Of a DNA stretch of 64,000 bases, positions 12,358 through 26,200 are shown piece after piece. The DNA comes from the human T2T-CHM13v2.0 reference genome, Homo sapiens. The stretch is taken from NCBI RefSeq assembly GCF_009914755.1, contig NC_060935.1, one strand, 5' to 3'. The notes beneath the pieces were generated by a model. It did no database searches, was not told the DNA's origin, and was given only the letters and a program-made list of their open reading frames with translations. The translations under genes were made by a program, and so were the position numbers. Positions within the stretch are counted from its first letter, which is position 1. Each line of letters starts with the position of its first letter.

Positions 12358-15300
12358 CCCCTTGGCATGGGGCACCCAGAAGGCAGCAGGCTAACGACTC
12401 CCCATGAAATTAACAACTTTGTGAAGCATTTGGTATTTGGGGGATTTTACATTAGGGTTAATGAGCCTCTGAAATGAGATCCCGGAGAGGGGCCAGGACC
12501 ATGCCTGGGATGTGGCTTCCGTGGACTGAGCAGCCTGGAGCCCCTACTTGCTTGGTGTCCCGAGCCAGCCGGACCTGCATCCCGCTCCTCCTCCGCTCCC
12601 TGGAAACGTTCCCTGAATCACATTGTTCACTGCGCTTCTCAGGCCTTCTGGGCTCTTCCTCTGCTGCTCGCCATAAAAACTCTCCAGTCATCTTTTCCGC
12701 TGTGGTTTTTATTGTTTTATTTTATTATTCCAGCTATATTACGTTGGGAAGAGCTACAGAAATGGTTTCTTCTCCCCCAGATTCCAGAACAAGTCACAGC
12801 CATTGTAGATTTTGATTAATCGCCATCCCCATTATTTCTTCACTTTCTCCAGCTGAATTTTTCCCACTGTGGGAAGGGGGTCTGGAGGACAGGCACCCTT
12901 GTTGGCCGTGGATAGGTTTCTGTTCTCCCTCGACCCACCCAGCAAGAGAAAAAAGTGAGCTGACATTATGGGTCGGCCCCTGTTCTGGAGGCCACAGCCA
13001 CAGGCTCTGCGGGCCTCTGGCCGAGCTGGGTTGCAGGAGAAGCCAAGTGCCGGGTGAAGGCCTGGGGAGGAATCTGGGTTCTCTTGGCTGCTGGTAAGAT
13101 TATCCATTAAATCCATATTCCTCACTGTAGAGTTCATGGATTCAGAGGATATACCGTATTCTGGCCGTCTTACATTACTGCAATATTGCTTCCAGATGGG
13201 CAAACGCGCGCTCGGAGCCTGGCCCTGCAGACACGATGGCCCAGCACGCCGCTCACTGCCGCGCCTTTGTTCTCTGCTTCCTGCTCGGTTCCTGCTAACT
13301 CAGGGAGCTCCAGGTGGCTGCCACTCAGGGGTGTGTGGGGGGCGCCTTGGGGCACCCAGGCCTGCAGCCCTCCCCCACACAGGCAGTCTCCACAGAGATA
13401 GAGCGCCAAGGATGCGGGCCAGGACTCTTTCCGAGCCTCTCCTGTTGCTGGGGCCTGCTCCCTGAAGGGCACAGTCCTGGGCAGGCGCAGTGCCCAGGCT
13501 GGAGAGGTCCTGCGTCTCCATCTCATCCACAGGATAAGTCAAATGGGAGCATTCCAGCATTCCGCATCTCATGGGGGGGTTGGGCCTCACCTCCCTGGCA
13601 GCCCACTCACCTCACATGGCCTGAGCCGCAAGGTCAGCCCCGTCCCAGGCCCGTGAGAGGCAGCGGGCACTATGGGCGAGCTGCCTGCTGGGCCACAGGC
13701 TCTGGTACTCTCCTGGGTTGGGGCTCCCGGGGTAGGGCTAAGTGTGGTGGCAGTGGAGTCAGGGCAGCTGGACAGCCCCTCTGCCATCAGTGAGAACTGT
13801 CTTCTCTCTGCTTCCCCTGTGCACTTCTGAATCCCCAGGGCTGGGCACAGGGCTGTGACGCCATAGGTGCTCTAGATAGATGGAGGAGCTCACAGCTGCA
13901 GGGAGTGTTGGGTGGACATATGGGGTGTGGGGGGCGAGGCCAGGCTTCACAGAGGTGGAATCTCAAAGGAGGAAGCGGCATGCCAGGTGGCGGACATAGC
14001 ACCTGCAAACGCCTGGGAGGTGAAGGCACCAGCTGTAGCCAGCATCCCAGAAAGGGACACGAAGCCCTTGGGGCCGGGGTGGTAGGGGTAGGAGAGCATC
14101 TTGAGGGTGGCTGCAGCATCGTCGTCATCTTTCCAATGGTGGCATCCCTTCCCCAAGCAAGGGAATGATGCAGACAGAGGTGCCTTTCAGAAAGAATGGA
14201 GGTCCTGGGGACCTGACTTCTGGGTCCCTCAGGACACATGCTCTCCAGCTCGTCAGTGTTACCTGGATACTCTAATGGGGGCACAAAGCCGGGGGGGAGC
14301 CTGCAGGAGGGGCCTAGCCAGGGCCAGGTGTCACACAAGCAGAGCTCCAGGGTGCAGCTGGGCAGATTGCCGGTGGTTGGTGCTGGTGAGGAGTAGCAGG
14401 GTGGGGTCCGGCGGTAATGCCACTGATGATACTTGGCGAGGATGACCGCAAGTGTCTTGACCCAAACATGAGATGCCCCTCACCCATCCTCCCATGAACC
14501 TCAGCATGGGCACCCCATGCCACCCGCTCCATTTACAGCCAAGGAGCCTCAGTAGAGACACAGCTAGAAAGTGGCCAGCTGGGGTTTGGTGCTGAGCCTC
14601 TGTCTGACTCTCTGCTCTCTGGAGAGCTCAAGGGAACCTGTAAAGACCTGCGGGCTGTGTCATGGAGGGCCCTTACCCCGGAGGAGCCAGGAAGGTGGAC
14701 AGAGCAGGCAGGAGTGGGGCAGGAGGGGGCTTTGCAGATTACCCAGACCCTTTGTTGGCCAGTGTGGGAATGGGGGGAGGCCAGGGAGGACCCCCTGCAG
14801 CCTGGCTCAGGCAGGGGCATGTGTGAAGGCCCAGGGGGAAGAGAGCAGCCAGGTAGACTTCGTTTCCAGCCGGAGTGTACCTGGGGATGCCTGTGCCCAA
14901 GCCTTCCTCTTCCACCACCCCTGCTGGGGTCCCCTGGGACCCATCCTTCCAAGCCCCTGCCAGCCTTGGAACCTGTGACTCCCCAGGTGGTCAAACACAG
15001 AAGGACCTCTTGGGGGAAGGGGAACCAGCAAAGGGGGTATGGGGAGCCCTCTGGGGCACCCTCATATCACACCCTGTCCCTCTGGCCACATTCCAGCTGG
15101 CCCTGCCTGTGAGGGTTGACCAGCTGGAGCAGCCCCGCATCCCACATCCCCGCAGCCTTGCGCTGGTCTAAATGCCTCCCAGCCTCCTGAGGTTGAGGGT
15201 GGCCACACCAGCCAGAGCTTGGGTGATTGAGTGGGTAGAGGGGGTGGCCAGAGTGGGAACCATGGTGATGCAAACCATAAACCTGTCCCCCACGTCACCT

Positions 15301-16388
15301 CCAAACCCTTTGGGCTGGCCTCTTGGTGAGGAATGGCCCTGGGAGAGGCTGCCCTGCCTTTGACCTCTCATGCACTGAGAGTAATGGGCAAGCGCTGTCT
15401 GCAGAGCACTGACCCCACCGCCGGGGTCGGAGCCCCTATTCCTAGCCTCCCTTGAGCGTTTTGGTTGCCGGATCCTCATTAATGGCTGTTTGTATCACTT
15501 AACAATTTTTCACTTTTGGAGGGGTCGTGAATAACCCCAAAGCAACATGTACCCTCTCCGGGCCAGGCTCAAGCGGTCCTCTCACTAGGGAAAGAAGTCA
15601 GAAAAAAGCTCCAAGCTGAAGCGCCCACACCTACCCTCTGCATCAGATGTGCTGCGGCTCTCAAGGAACCCTCTAGGGCACAGCTTTGGGGAGTGGAGCT
15701 GCGTGGTCAGCTGGCCAAGCCACAGTGGGAAAAGGTGGCCCATTGGCCAGAACACAGTCCCCAAGCCTCCTCAGCTAGGCTCTCGAGGAATGGCTGGGTG
15801 TCCTTTCTCAGCAGAAAAGCCTTGTCCCCAGCCTCCAGGGCCAGGCTCCAGCTTCCCAGGCGTGTGCTTCCCACCCAGGCTCTTGTGGGTTGGCTTGCCA
15901 AGCGGTGTTAGGACACGCAGCTTCAGTTCTGCAGGGCCTGGTGGAATTCCATTCCCTGCCTCCCAGAAATCTTATCTTGAGGGCCGCTCAGCTACAGTAG
16001 GCCCCAAGCCCCGGAGACTCCAGATTCCCCACTACGGAAGGCAGCCGTGAAAGGCACGGGCAGCGCGGTGCTTCTCCTTCAGGAGGTGGAACTGGGTGGC
16101 CCGCATTGAACAGGCCAGGAGCACTGGTGTTCTGGATCCAAAGCAACCATCTCTTCCCACATTTGGAGGGAGCCGAGGGCAGGCAGGAGCCAGGACCCAG
16201 TGCATCCTGAATACTGGGTGACTGGCAGACATCACTCTGGCCCAAGGCCAGGCCTGCAGTAGGAGCTCTGTGCATATCCCCTATGTGAGTACAGGAACCT
16301 CAGTGGTGCCTGTGGAGCTGTTCAGTGGGCCCTGTATTCGCCAGCACAGCCATGGTCCTGCTGAGTGACAAACAGCCCCCCAGATGTC

Positions 16389-16402
16389 CTGCCCTCTGGT
16401 GC
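16389..16402 (-). promoter_or_regulatory. Candidate CTCF site
   Basis: Reverse strand reads GCACCAGAGGGCAG, close to the CCASYAGRKGGCRS consensus. Motif match only. Confidence 0.3.
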
Positions 16403-18588
16403 TGCTTGTCCACCATGAAGTGGCCGGGGCTCTGCTCAGGGACCCAGGTGCTCTTGCAGACAACCCAAGTCTTCCTTCCTACTCCTGGCAGGGCAGGCAA
16501 TTCCACTGATGGCTGCAGTGCGACACAGACTGGGCCTGGCATGGTGTCCCTCAGACCCCACGGCTTGGTCGGGTCACCTGGGCCATTTCAAAGGCTGTTG
16601 GGGAGCAGGAATCACAAGCTGGATGTCAGCTTGAGGGTTACCCCAGAGTGAGAGCCTCGACAGCCAGGCCCTCCCAGGCTTCTGTGATCGCAGCCCACAC
16701 CTCTGCGCACAGTATGCCAATGTTCCCCAAAATCTACATACTGAGAAGGTAGACAGCAAAGCCACAAGGAGACTTCTGGGTAGCCCAGGTGGAATTCTTC
16801 CCTCCCTGTTTCCCAGTTTTCCACCCTTTTCCCTGGCTTTCTTCCAGAACCTTTTAATGAAAGTGCCTCTGCCCCACCAGGGCCTGGCTTAGGATGGGTG
16901 AGGGAGAGGAGCTCCGGGAGGTCACGGCCCCACCCAGGAACGTTCCTGTCCCAATCCTCCCATCCCCATATTCAGGAAAGTTCCCCAGGCCCGTATGAAC
17001 TGGCTTCTTAATTTTGTTTTAAACACAAGCTTTCAGAAGAGCAGAAACGGAAAGACAGATGGCAGGAGGTGCCGCAGGGCAGCACTGGGGAGCCTGAGAT
17101 AGAGAGCGGGTAGACAGGAAAGCAGCTCACAGCGGCTGGAGAGCAGGGAGCACACGCCTGTCCAAGACCTTGGGCCAGAGGAACCCCCTCTCCCCCGATG
17201 GCCCACTCGCCCCAGGGCCTCCAGGTTTGAGCCCCCCGGGGTATTAGCCCAGCATTTTAGGGGCTGCCGTGGTCATGGAGTAAAGACCACACCTGGCATG
17301 GCTTCCTTGGTTTCTGAAGGCTGCGAAAGCTGCGTCTGTCGCAGAAGTGAACCTTGTTTTGTTTTGTTGATGGGTGTAGTCTCAGGGCATGTTCAATGTC
17401 TGTGGAGCTGCCTCTTCTGGAAGAGCCGGGTTGACACCCGCGTGCCCCGTCCTGGCTTAAACACTTTGAGGCCCTCCCTGCCCTCGGGGGAGCTGAGAGC
17501 CCCACTGCAGCCCAGAGGCCCTCCCCTGACAGCTGCCTTCCTCTGCTCCGTCCTTCCCCACATCCCCCTCACACACCTTGTGCTTGCTCTGGGCTTCAGG
17601 GGCCTGAGCCCCAGGTAGACCCCCACACTTAGGGTGCCTCACCACACTCCATCCCTAGCCCCAGACTGGCTTCCCTGCATCTGGCTGACCCCCTCCTCAC
17701 CTGCCTGTTTCCACCTCAGGGCCCCTCCTGAAGCCGGAACTTGATCCCCGCAGCACCAGCCCCTCCCCGTAGCCTCATGGGGCACAGCTCTGAGGATGTG
17801 GATGAGCAGAGGGGAGGACAGGGATGATGAACCCCAGGAATTGGCTTCCAGTGGATGCAAGGCTGACTCGTACATGTCATGGAGGATAGTTCGGGCATCT
17901 GAGCTAGCTGAGGCTCCTTGGAGCACATGCATGGCCTGGACTGTCCAGAAGTCGTCTACGTGCTTTGTGTAGACGCATGACTCCCCAGCTGGCTCCGTAC
18001 TAGATGACCTGGGCTAGGGCCACTTATATCTGTCAGGGGAAGGGCAGTTGCAGTTAGGACCACACTAAAAGGTTAATGTCCACGCTGGTGTTGACCAAGC
18101 CCTGGACCCTGCTGTGCCAGGCACTCCCATCAGCATCCAGGTGCCCATTTTACTACAGGGATCTGAGAGCTGGCTAGGCAGGCATCCCGGGTCATTACTG
18201 GGCCTGTAAGGGCCTTCATGTCTGCACCCTCCCTGCCATGCACCTTAAGGTCAGGAAGTCCATTCAAATGCAGATTCCTGGGCTATTCCAAGAGTTACTG
18301 AATCCCCACCCTGGGGTGAAGGCTTGGCGTCTGCCAGGGACCATAGACCACAGATACTCATCTACGCTTGTGACCCCCCTCCCGCCCCTGAGTGTGTGCT
18401 GGGGCAGGAGGCCCTGTGGCAAGTGGAGCCCCAACCGCAGAGCACCATCTCCAGCCATGTGCTCTCGGGTGCAGAGCTGACCTCCCAAGTCTCAGGCTTC
18501 TTGTCTCTCAAGTTGGGGGTAACAATGGCTATGTACATAAGATTAGGAGAACACACAGAAGGTGGTGCTGGCTAAAGCCATTATCACA

Positions 18589-18854
18589 GGCTGGTGCCTA
18601 TAGTCCCAGCACTTTGGGAGGCCAGGCGTTAGAGACCAGCCTGGGCAGTATAACGAGACTCTGTCTCTACCAAAAAAAAAAAAAAAAAAAGAGCCATACA
18701 AGGTGGTGCGTGCCTGTGGTCCCAGCTGTTTGGGGGCTGAGATGGGAGGATCGCCTGAGCCTGGGAGGTCAAGAGTGCAGTGAGCCATGATGACTGTGAT
18801 TGACGTGTTGACCAGGCACTCAAAAACAAACAAACAAACAAACAAAAAAAAAAA
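18589..18854 (+). mobile_element. AluJ with internal deletions and (CAAA)n tail
   Basis: Dimeric Alu with J-type GGAGGATCGCCTGAGCCTGGGAGGTCAAG. TSD AAAGCCATTATCAC (18574-18587) / AAAACCATTATCAC (18851-18864). Confidence 0.9.
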
Positions 18855-21800
18855 CCATTATCACCCCCTGCACACAAATCCCAGAGTTCAGAGAACACAG
18901 ATCAAAATAAGAAGTCAGAGAATCCTCTCCAGCTGAAAACCCTCATTTGTTATCACCCAAATGCTGCCTGCTGGCTGGCGAGCCTTGCTGGTGGTGGAAG
19001 GCCCAGCAGTAGCAAAGGAAACCAGGGCAGGACAGTGTAGGAAGTCCTGCCCTCGGATCATTTGGGGAAATTGGCACCTGTGTTTCTCACCACACAGTGT
19101 TGGGTTGGAGAATGGGCCTGGGTGCAGAGCTTCGGAGCCAAACACCGTGCTGGTTTCAGAGAAACAAACAGCCCTGATGTAGCTGTGGCCCTTGGAGGTG
19201 TCCGAATAGTCCATCATTTTCAGTGACAGAAAGACGGAAATGGACACAGATCAAACCTGCATCACAGATGTATAGCTAGGTCAGCGAACCACTCAAAAGA
19301 CCCCAGGGTCTGACCCCTTGCACGCCTGGGCGGAGGTGGAGCCGCTTCACCATACATGCAAATGTAGCAAACTGCAAAATGTCCCAAAACAAGTCCCTTA
19401 CTGTCCGTGTCCCTCCATGCCAGCTCACTGGAGGGGCTCCTGCTGAAAGAGGTGGGGTTCAGTTCCCAAACCCACTGGAGGGTTGCAAGGAGACGCTTCT
19501 AGTATGTTAGACAGCACAGTCTTCCAAATGGACTGTGGGCATGATGGATGTGTAAAGAATCGAGAAGCCAAGTGCCCTTGCCATTTGTTATCTTTAAAAA
19601 GTATCGGTGGGCTCATGGGGGCTTGAGTGTCCTGGCAGCTCTCCTCATCCATCCTATGTGTACACTCAGGCACGTACTCCCTGGCTCAGCCGCCTTCTGG
19701 GGCCCGGCTACAGTCAGGCCTCCTTCGTGCTGAGCATGTGCTGGCCCTGCCTGGGGACAGCTGAAGGCCAGGAGGAAGCTGCTGGCCTCAAGAAGGCCTC
19801 TCGAAGCAGAGGCAGCCCCCTCGAAGCTCACCTGGCCTCTCTCTGTAAGGGGAGAGGGACCCAGGGCTGACCAGAGCAAGCAGTGTGCCATTAACCCCTA
19901 CCTGTCCAGAACTCTGAGCTCCTGTGGGTCCTTCTCTGAGTGTCCTATGTTGGGGGTGTCAGCCTGGGTGTCAAAGCTGAAGAGGGGAGCCTCCTTGGCC
20001 ACTGAAACGGAAACAGCATTAGCCACCACCAGCCCCTTCCCCCTTTTGCAGGGCGGCTCCCAGAACCTAGGAGTCCATGCTACCTGTGGGGTTCATAGTG
20101 TGTCCCTCTCAGCCAATGGGAAGTCGTGCCCTTGGATCATTTGGGGCAAATGGTCCTCGTTTTCTTCATTATATGGTGTTGAGTTGGGGAACGGCCTTGC
20201 TGGGAGTTGGGGCCTGGCCTGGACCTCGAGGCCACTGGGGACTTGGCTACCTGAGGGAGATGAGGTTGTTCCCAGGGTTTCCTCATCCCAGGGGCTCTCA
20301 GATTTCCAGGGACTCGGGCAGGCACAGCTTTCCAGGCCAGAGCCATGGACGGTCCCTGGACACCTGCAGCAGCCAGGCCCCAGATGCAAGAAAGGGTATT
20401 TGTTTCTTAAAGCTTGTAAAGAGTTTCTAAAAGGTGGGGAGGGGATTGGTGGGGGCCTGTCTCATGTTTTCCATTCTGGACGCCGGGGGGACATGTTGCT
20501 GGGGCCAGACCAACTCCAGGGAGACAACTCGACAAGTTACGAAACATCCAGCAGCATCCACGACTAATTTCTTCCCCCTGTTTGTCCTACCGTGGAGGTC
20601 GAGTTAAAAGGCAGCACTTCGGGGGTTGAAAAGCTACCCGCAGGGGTCTGCTCGTGAGGGACCCCCGGGCCTCTGCAGCCTTTGTTCAGAGGCAGCTAAT
20701 AAGCCGACTCCCGCTGGGCGCTTTGTAGCGAGGCCGCTGTTCCCAGTCCCAGCTCAGCCTCCCTGCCTCAGAGGGCTGGCAGATCAGCAAATTGCTGTCT
20801 CCAGCTCGCAAGAGGGGCAGGTCCAGGGATGTGTTTCACCCCCAAGGTGTGAGTGGAATCAGCAAATTGTATCAAGAAATATTTCTAGGGATTTACATTC
20901 CGGCGGTCAGCAGCCTTTGGGAGGCTTTACTCCGCCTGCAGGGGTGGGAGGCCTCGCGTAGAGTTGGTGGGGGCAGCAGAGCCTGGGTGTTTCAGGAGGA
21001 CCCACTCACTCTGGGCCACTTCTGATGCTGCAGATCACGCCAGGCAGGCCTCCGGCCGTTTGTCTCTTCCGACAGCAGCGGTGGTGATGGTCCCCTCGGC
21101 CTGCCTGGCCTGCAGCAGCCCTGGCTGGAGGCTGACCGAGCCTCCGAGGAGGTTCACCTGGAGCTGTCTGTCCATCCATCCATCTGTCCCTTGGCCCCTT
21201 TAAGAGGCCTTGTCCCCTTTGCCAGTGCAGGGAGACCCCACCGTGGACTTCTCATTGGGACTTCCAGTGAGACCCAACTCCACTGCCTGGGGATACCCTC
21301 ACCCCAAGCCCAAGGAGCCTGTCCCTACGCACACCCCCTGCCCCTGGGAGGCACATGCCGAGCTTTCCTGTCCTCCATTTGGTGGCCGCCTCACCTCCAT
21401 GGGGTCGCAGGGCCCACACAGACAGCCTACTATGGTCCTGGCAGGCACAGGGTATGGGAAGCCCTGTGCCCCTGGGATCAAGCTTGGATCCTGAGGTCCT
21501 GAGCTTGGTGAGTCAGGGCTGGGGAGCCACAAAGCCAGCATGCTCCTGCCTTTTGGGGGTCCCAGGTGATGTGTCATCTTACCAGGTGTTGACAGGTGGA
21601 GAGAGGTAGGCTGGGTGAAGATAGGAAAGGACTATGGGAGGCCAGGGCGGGCCTCGGGTGCATGCCTCTCTGTGGCAGTGACATTTGTACAGAACGAGGC
21701 AAGGCCAGCCCATCCTGGGAGCTGAGTGCTGGACCATGGGGGCTGCAGCCTGGAACTGAGCCCAGAGACTGCAGCATTCAGAGGTCAGGGATCAAGGAGG

Positions 21801-22454
21801 ACCTCACAAAGGAGATCGGGAAGGTGGAGGCTTGGTCACCCCCAGGAGGAGCTTTTTCTAAGGAAGGAGAGGCCAGCATGTCAGCCACGGCTGGTGGGTC
21901 CCACTGAAGCTGAGAATAGAACTGGCAGTGGGGTTTGGCCACATGGAGGTCCTAGGGGAGCTGATGAGAGCAATGCCGTAGCCAGGGTCGGCAGTGGCGG
22001 ACCGAGAGTGCTTCCCTTCTCACGTGGTTGGGAGTCATGACCTGTTTAGTAAATAGGCTATGGCAGCCTCTTGGAACTTAGTGAGGTGGCTAAGCTGCCC
22101 CTAGATAGCTGTGCCCTGTGACCAAGACCCTTCCTCCCTCCTTCCCTCTACCCCACCAGGCTCAGCCAACTGACACCAGGGCCCTGTGAGGCAGTATCTG
22201 AGCCACCCTTCTGAGTGGGAGCTATGGCAAGTGCTGCCTTAGCGGAGTGGGGGTGGGGGCATGTGTCACTCCCAGGACCAACTGGCAGATGAAGGTCTTT
22301 GGGCACTGCAGCTGCCACCTGGGGTGCCTCGGGGCAGGCTCACCTCACACCCTTGTGGGCCAGCTGCGGCCCAAAAGCCTCCTGGCCTCCATTCCCGTGC
22401 CAGGGTGGTCTGAGCGGAGAGGACAGGGGGGATCCCAGACGGATCCTGAAAACA

Positions 22455-22507
22455 GGCTCCGCCTTCCTCTGTGGCTCTGCCTTCCTCTTGGCTCCGCCTT
22501 CCTCCGT
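22455..22507 (+). repeat. Short tandem repeat, 3 x 17-18 bp
   Basis: GGCTCYGCCTTCCTC-based unit at 22455, 22473 and 22490. Confidence 0.85.
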
Positions 22508-22689
22508 GGTGGCCTGAGAGGGGTGTGGTGCTGCTTGTCCGTGGTGCTCCACACACCTGCCACAGCTGCTTACCCCACTCCCTGCCGCCCTGGACAAGGT
22601 GCCCACGGCCCTGTCCCATTTACCGTTGGGGCAAGTGAGGGACGAGGAGGCTCCGCAGCCTCCCCCGGGACACTGCAACCCTCAAGACT

Positions 22690-22795
22690 CCTAGCAAGCC
22701 CCTCCGTCTCAGAGCCTTGGTGTCCCCATCTGTAAAGTGGGATGTGACAATACCCTTCTTGCTGAATGGGCAGGGAGAGAGGAGCTGTTAGGTGA
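22690..22795 (+). mobile_element. MIR SINE
   Basis: GAGCCTTGGTGTCCCCATCTGTAAAGTGGGATG. Confidence 0.6.
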
Positions 22796-22939
22796 GACCA
22801 GGTGGTACTTGGCAGCTGTGGCACGTGGAAGCCCTACACAGGCAGCCCCACACCTGGTCCGCTGTTCTGTCCTTACTGTAGCAGTGGGCCTGGAGGCAGT
22901 GGCATTTAGAGAGGACCCTGAAGTCCAAAGAGGGGATGC

Positions 22940-23290
22940 CAGCCTCAAACTCAGCAGCTCGAAGTAGCAACAGCCTCGAATCCCTCACACCTAGCGGTTG
23001 GCTGGGCAGGTGGACTGGTCCGAGCTGAGTGGTCTAGGATGGCCTTGCTCCCGGAGAAGACCCTTGGCAGACAGCCTCTCCTCTACTAGCTAGTGGGGCC
23101 TCACTAACCGCTGGTGGCCGCAGGGTTCCCAGCCACTCGGTGCACATGTACTCCAGCCTCTCTGTGTCCCATTTGCTCATGACATGGTGGTCAAAGCAAG
23201 TCACGGATTCCAGGGGGACCTCGGGACGAGGAAGTCACACGTTGGGGGATGTGCCGCAGGGATGGGGCATCTCAGCCTTTGTATCTGCCG
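22940..23290 (-). mobile_element. Old MaLR LTR (MLT1H/I/J-like), highly diverged
   Basis: GGTCTAGGATGGCCTTGCTC and GGTCAAAGCAAGTCAC resemble reverse MLT1 motifs. Confidence 0.45.
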
Positions 23291-26200
23291 TGGGCGTGGA
23301 GGCATTTACTCTTTTCACCGGGGGAGCAGAAATCAGAACATGGCTCTCTGTGTCTGACACAGAGCCCTGTACTCCATCTATGCAGCCCCCACCACCTCTG
23401 CACACAGCCCCTCCGGTGGTGCCTGGGGGCCCAGGCTTTTGATAGAGAATCACATCTGGACCAGGACGTTCTGGTAAGATCGCCAGGGGGCCGCGACAAG
23501 GAGACCAGGAAGGAAAGACAGAAAGAAAAACACGCACAGATCCAGGCTCAGATGATATACAGTCCTCCTCCCGGCTCAGGACCCCTTTGCGGTGTCACCT
23601 TTCGGCATGTAACCACTTATTCTGTCAGGGAGGAGAGCCCTCCCGCTCCACCAGGTGACGGCCCTAAATCCTCAGGAGTGACAGCGTCCTCCCGCCCGGA
23701 TTGGGTTTCTGCACAGTGGAATGGAGCTGGCAGCCAGGGTCCCTGTCCCGCCAGCCCTAGGCCTCGAACCCTCCCTGGCAAGCTAACACTGCCCTTGGAG
23801 GAAGGAGGGTGGGAGGGCAAAGAGAGAGAAGTGGTGGGTGGCAGCGAGCAGGCTGTCCTGCAAGGCCGTGGCTGCACTGAGGGCAGAAGGGGCCTTGTCA
23901 CCTAGGAAGGACCCCACTAGGAACCCCTTCCCGCGGAAACACAGCTTCTCCCCTTGGGTGCCATTGCAGCTGCACCCAAGCCTTGCCCTTCCCTCTCACT
24001 TCGCTCCCCAGGAGGCGACACTGTGATTGTCCTGGGCTCACAGAGGAGGACGTGGGGACCTGCCCAAGGAGACACAGGCAACAGAACCAGGGCTCAGAGT
24101 TGGGGGAAGGGGCCAGTTCACCCACAGAGGGTGGAGTCACTGGGCTGAAGCTTCTGGCCATCGTATGGAGCTGGAACAAGGCACTGGAAGGTACCAGGCC
24201 TCAGCGTTCTCAACTGTGAAATGGGAACACGGTGGTCTCTGTCACAGGGTAGAGATGACTGATCCAGTAACCTGGACAGGGTGCCGAGGGCAGGGTCTGG
24301 TGTGGCTATCAGGAGCCACTGGATTGGAACTTGGTGTGCCACCAGGGTCCCTGTCCGTTTAAGAAAAGCCTGTGGGCCCAATAGAGAAGCACAGGGTCTG
24401 AGAAGCATCAGACAATGACTCCTAAACAAGCTCACGTCTTGAAGCAGTGCTGGACCCGTTTCAGCTCCAGGGGAGAGCCAGGGCAGGGTGGGGCAGGCAC
24501 GGATTCCTGACGTGGAGACAGGAGGAAGCCGACGGCCATCTGTGCTCAGACCCAGTGGTGAGCCTAAGACAAGTTCCCAGAATCCATCCGGGACAGACGG
24601 CTGGACTTGTGAAACACTCCAGGGTCGGGGGCTCAGCCACGGGACCAGCGCTTGCCAGAAATGTTCCCAGCTTTTTTGAGTTCGTGAGTGGCTGGTGGAT
24701 ACTTAGTGGTTTGGCTTTCGGGTTCCTGCCTTCCAAAACAGGAGAGGCAACTTGGCCTGCTTTTTCCTCAGAAGAGCCCACTTTTTGCGTGGAGGTGACC
24801 TGCCATTTGTCCGGTTGGGGGTCCCCAATCGTCTTCGAGCTACTGATATAGAACCTCTGCGTTTAGCTGTGGTTTAGGAAGTGCATTCACGTGAAGTCGC
24901 CAAGTTCAAAGGGCTGCCCCTGGAACCCAAGTCAGACTTGCCCTCGCCCCCTTCCCGAACGTACCCTTTCCATGAGGCTGGGCGCCCTGCCCTGCCTTCA
25001 GTGCCAAAGCCCCAGGCCCACAGGCTGTGCACTCCAGCCGAGGGCAGCCTGGGGAAGGTACGAGAGATCACTGGGCTTTGTGAAACCTGTCAGCTTGTGT
25101 GAAAGCTATCTCCCCCAGGCCCCACCCCCGCCCCCACCCAAAGCACAGGTCACCTGCCTGGTTAATCATCCTGGGCTCTGAGAGCTCCCTGGGGCCCCAC
25201 AGGCCAAGCGTTTTCTGACTTGGAGAGGCAGGAGGCCAACTCCCCGCTCCTCAGATTCTGCTGAACTAACTGAAACCCTAACCTTCGGGCTTCCCCACTA
25301 ATTTGTGATAAGGCCTCGCCAAGAAAAACAGCAGGCTAAAGACCCCTGATTTCTTCATGAATTCCAGAGCACTTGGTTCACTCCGGCAGAGAAGGGGCCC
25401 CAGGCAGCCATGCATACAGAGCCACCTCTGCGTGGGTGAAGGGCTGGGGACGGCCTCTTGGGAGCCCACTAAGGAGGACCACCTGCCTGCTCCAGGCAGA
25501 TTGCTTCCAGCTGGCCAGGGCAGAGGAGCAGGCCAAGGGTGGGTCCCGGGCAGTGGCCCAGAGAAGCTGAGCTCGCTCACGAGATGTGTGCTGACGTGGC
25601 AAGATGGGCGGGAGTCTTCATGAAGGAGTGGCTGCCTGGCCCCCTGACCTGAGGATCCTAGGGCCCCTGGATGGGTTTGGGGGAACTGCAGCATCCTCAG
25701 ATCACAGACGGTGTGTCGAGTGAGGGTGGTGCTCTTCCTGGGCCAGCAGTAGGTTTCCAAAAGGGCACAGACACAGCTCAGGAGATGGATGCTGCCCTGT
25801 CAGAGTGGGGAAACTGAGGCCCCAGGCGGAGACACCACCCACTGCAGGTTCCAGCCGTCCCCCACCCCACCCCTGCCCCACCATGGCTGATGTGAGGGAG
25901 GTGGCCAGAAGTCCAGAGGGACACTGGGTGGGACCCCGGTGAAGATCTGGTGGACTGAGGCCAGAGAAAAAGGGGATGACCCATTCCTAGCAGGGAGGAA
26001 TAGTAGTTTATATTTTCCCCCAAAATTTTATTTTTCTGCATTGGCCTGAATAGGAGCTGACTTTAATACGGGGGAAATAGTGATTTTAAAGCCGGCTTTC
26101 CCATGGAATGTGCTTCTCCTGTGACTGTGCCCATCTCCTCACTGCTTGGCAGAGAGGTATCCCCCGTGCCCCACTGGCATGGGCGCCAGGTCTGCCCTTC

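Noticed and set aside
21475-21492. Polylinker-like GGATCAAGCTTGGATCC (HindIII/BamHI)
   Set aside because: A short imperfect palindrome with genomic flanks and no vector sequence; most likely chance.
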